A DNA stretch of 42,342 nt from Patescibacteria group bacterium (GTDB lineage: Bacteria > Patescibacteriota > UBA1384 > 2-12-FULL-50-11 > DASWYB01). Under the pieces are notes generated by a model. That model worked only from the letters and a program-made list of their open reading frames with translations. It did no database searches and was not told the origin of the DNA. The position numbers and the translations under genes were made by a program. Below are positions 40,981 to 42,342 of the stretch, piece by piece (position 1 is the stretch's first letter; every line of letters starts with the position of its first letter). The stretch is taken from positions 1 to 42,342 of the forward strand of contig JBGPML010000001.1 of assembly GCA_041486955.1 (NCBI GenBank). The letters run 5' to 3'.

Positions 40981-42342
40981 AGAAGGTCTCGACTTTCTTT
41001 GAGTTAGTCGTACAGACTAATGTTGTGTTATCAATATCACAATCAGAATATATTTCGTTGGTCGGCAATACAAATTGACGGCGATAGGCCCCGTCAGTCG
41101 ATAGTTCGATAATGCGCTTATCAGTAGCATCAAAAAGATAGAGGGTTCCTTCAGTTCTTGATGAAATCAGCCTTGATACTGTCTTAGGCAGGAATGCATC
41201 TGGTACACCATAATATTTAATCGCCGTTTTCGGACTATTAGCGGCGATTCGCGATAATTTGTTTTCCTCTTCAATGGCGTAAAAAGCAAAGCCATTATTG
41301 GCAATCGATGAAATTTTTCCGACTGGAGCATCCTTGATGTAATCGGTAACTTTATATTTATCTCCTGAAGGCGTAGCCTTTATCATCGTTTGACCAACGA
41401 TATAGAGATTTTTACCAAAACTGGCAATTAAACGAGACTCGGGCCAGTCTTTGTGGTCAACCCGTACCGCCGATTTGGCAGTTGTCGTACCTTTATCAAT
41501 TGTGAAGATTGCCGGAGCCGAACCCTTAACTTGAGTAGCGAATGCGACGTTTGAACGGTCGTCGAACGCTACAGCATCATGAATCTCACTATTGACGGGC
41601 AATCCTTCAATTACTTTTAGTGTGTCCGCATCGAACTTATCGGCACTGCCGTCTTCATAAAAGAGATACGTTCCAGCGCTTGTGACAACAACCCTTCTCG
41701 CTGCACTGTGAATCTCCGTGGACTTACCCAGGGGCGTCAAATGAACTGTCTTTGTAATGCTGTCGAGTACGGTCTCGGCATGATTCGCGACGGCTTTACT
41801 TTTTTCATTCTGCTGTTTTTCTGGAATTGTCTGAATGGCTGCCAACGCTTCGAGTAACTTACTAATGGCTGTCGAGGTCTGGTTTTGAATCTGAGCTGCC
41901 TCGGCTTCTCGCTCAGCTGCTTCAGCTTGGGCAGTGATGGCTTCCCGATCGACGGTTGGCTCAGATGTCTTGGTTCCACCAGAAGAAAATGAGTTAAATA
42001 CACGGATGAGAATGACGAGGATTATAATTGCACCACCGAGAATGTAGAGAGTCCTCGATTTAATTTTAGAAATACGTCCTGTCATGGAAATATGAGGAAT
42101 AGTTGTATGAGCAGTGACTTTTGGAATAGCTTCGTCTGTTTTGAAAGCCGCTGATGCTTTTTGTTTCTCGCGATAGTTACGTACCTCGAATCCATCCCGT
42201 AATTCGTTTGTTTCCTGCGCAATCACTGTGTCATCATCCTTTATCGAATGACTTGGTATGGCTTGGACGACTTCGTCATCCTTTTTTGGCTGAATTTCGG
42301 ATTTAATATGTTCTATCGATTCATCTGGGAGTTGTTCTACTG
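40964..42342 (-). CDS. hypothetical membrane-anchored protein, 5' end beyond the window
   Basis: The track ORF starts at GTG 42226, but the frame stays open to the window edge at 42342. One TM helix (LYILGGAIIILVILIRVF), an Ala/Glu-rich coiled segment, then a beta-rich, possibly propeller-like domain. It overlaps the convergent gene by 17 nt. Confidence 0.7.
   Translation of the reverse strand, partial: VEQLPDESIEHIKSEIQPKKDDEVVQAIPSHSIKDDDTVIAQETNELRDGFEVRNYREKQKASAAFKTDEAIPKVTAHTTIPHISMTGRISKIKSRTLYILGGAIIILVILIRVFNSFSSGGTKTSEPTVDREAITAQAEAAEREAEAAQIQNQTSTAISKLLEALAAIQTIPEKQQNEKSKAVANHAETVLDSITKTVHLTPLGKSTEIHSAARRVVVTSAGTYLFYEDGSADKFDADTLKVIEGLPVNSEIHDAVAFDDRSNVAFATQVKGSAPAIFTIDKGTTTAKSAVRVDHKDWPESRLIASFGKNLYIVGQTMIKATPSGDKYKVTDYIKDAPVGKISSIANNGFAFYAIEEENKLSRIAANSPKTAIKYYGVPDAFLPKTVSRLISSRTEGTLYLFDATDKRIIELSTDGAYRRQFVLPTNEIYSDCDIDNTTLVCTTNSKKVETFSTSSE

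Overview
42.3-kb window, almost entirely + strand. It looks like a small-genome, Patescibacteria/CPR-like bacterium. That is an inference from divergent but recognisable housekeeping genes, very compact or overlapping genes, and an rRNA gene carrying a protein-coding insertion. Order of content: (1) a 23S rRNA gene (~470-3708) closed by a long processing stem. Its helix-25 region is interrupted by a 280-nt insert that is almost entirely a GIY-YIG nuclease ORF. (2) A ~700-nt 23S-5S spacer with two SD-preceded 2-TM miniprotein ORFs, then 5S rRNA (4417-4536). (3) A membrane protein, pyrH behind a promoter-plus-terminator leader, and four more tiny membrane ORFs. (4) A stand-alone MprF-flippase-like gene, full-length mprF, and an EndoQ-like PHP nuclease. 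(5) yvcK, mutM, three orphan small genes with their own terminators, recO, alr, glyQS. (6) A dcw cluster: mraZ-rsmH-ftsL-ftsI-murF-mraY-ftsW-murG-(murC-like)-murB-ftsQ. (7) recJ, radA, a PIN/TRAM yacL-like gene, a class A PBP on the minus strand, tyrS, argS, a small Rossmann-like protein, and a 5'-truncated membrane protein at the window edge. No CRISPR array, tRNA, transposase or recognisable defence system was seen. Most interesting observations: (a) a conserved ~73-nt SD-plus-small-ORF element present twice, just upstream of two SD-less envelope genes (the class A PBP and the MprF-flippase paralog); (b) a MurC homolog at the canonical dcw position whose P-loop and other catalytic motifs are substituted; (c) the GIY-YIG ORF inside the 23S gene and protein genes inside the 23S-5S spacer; (d) a family of short inverted repeats (AATGACGAA / TTCGTCATT) placed right after stop codons, bracketing ftsW and possibly explaining the long mraZ-rsmH gap; (e) attenuator-like leaders before pyrH and before an orphan gene. 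All calls come from reading the sequence and ORF translations by eye. No database search or folding program was run.
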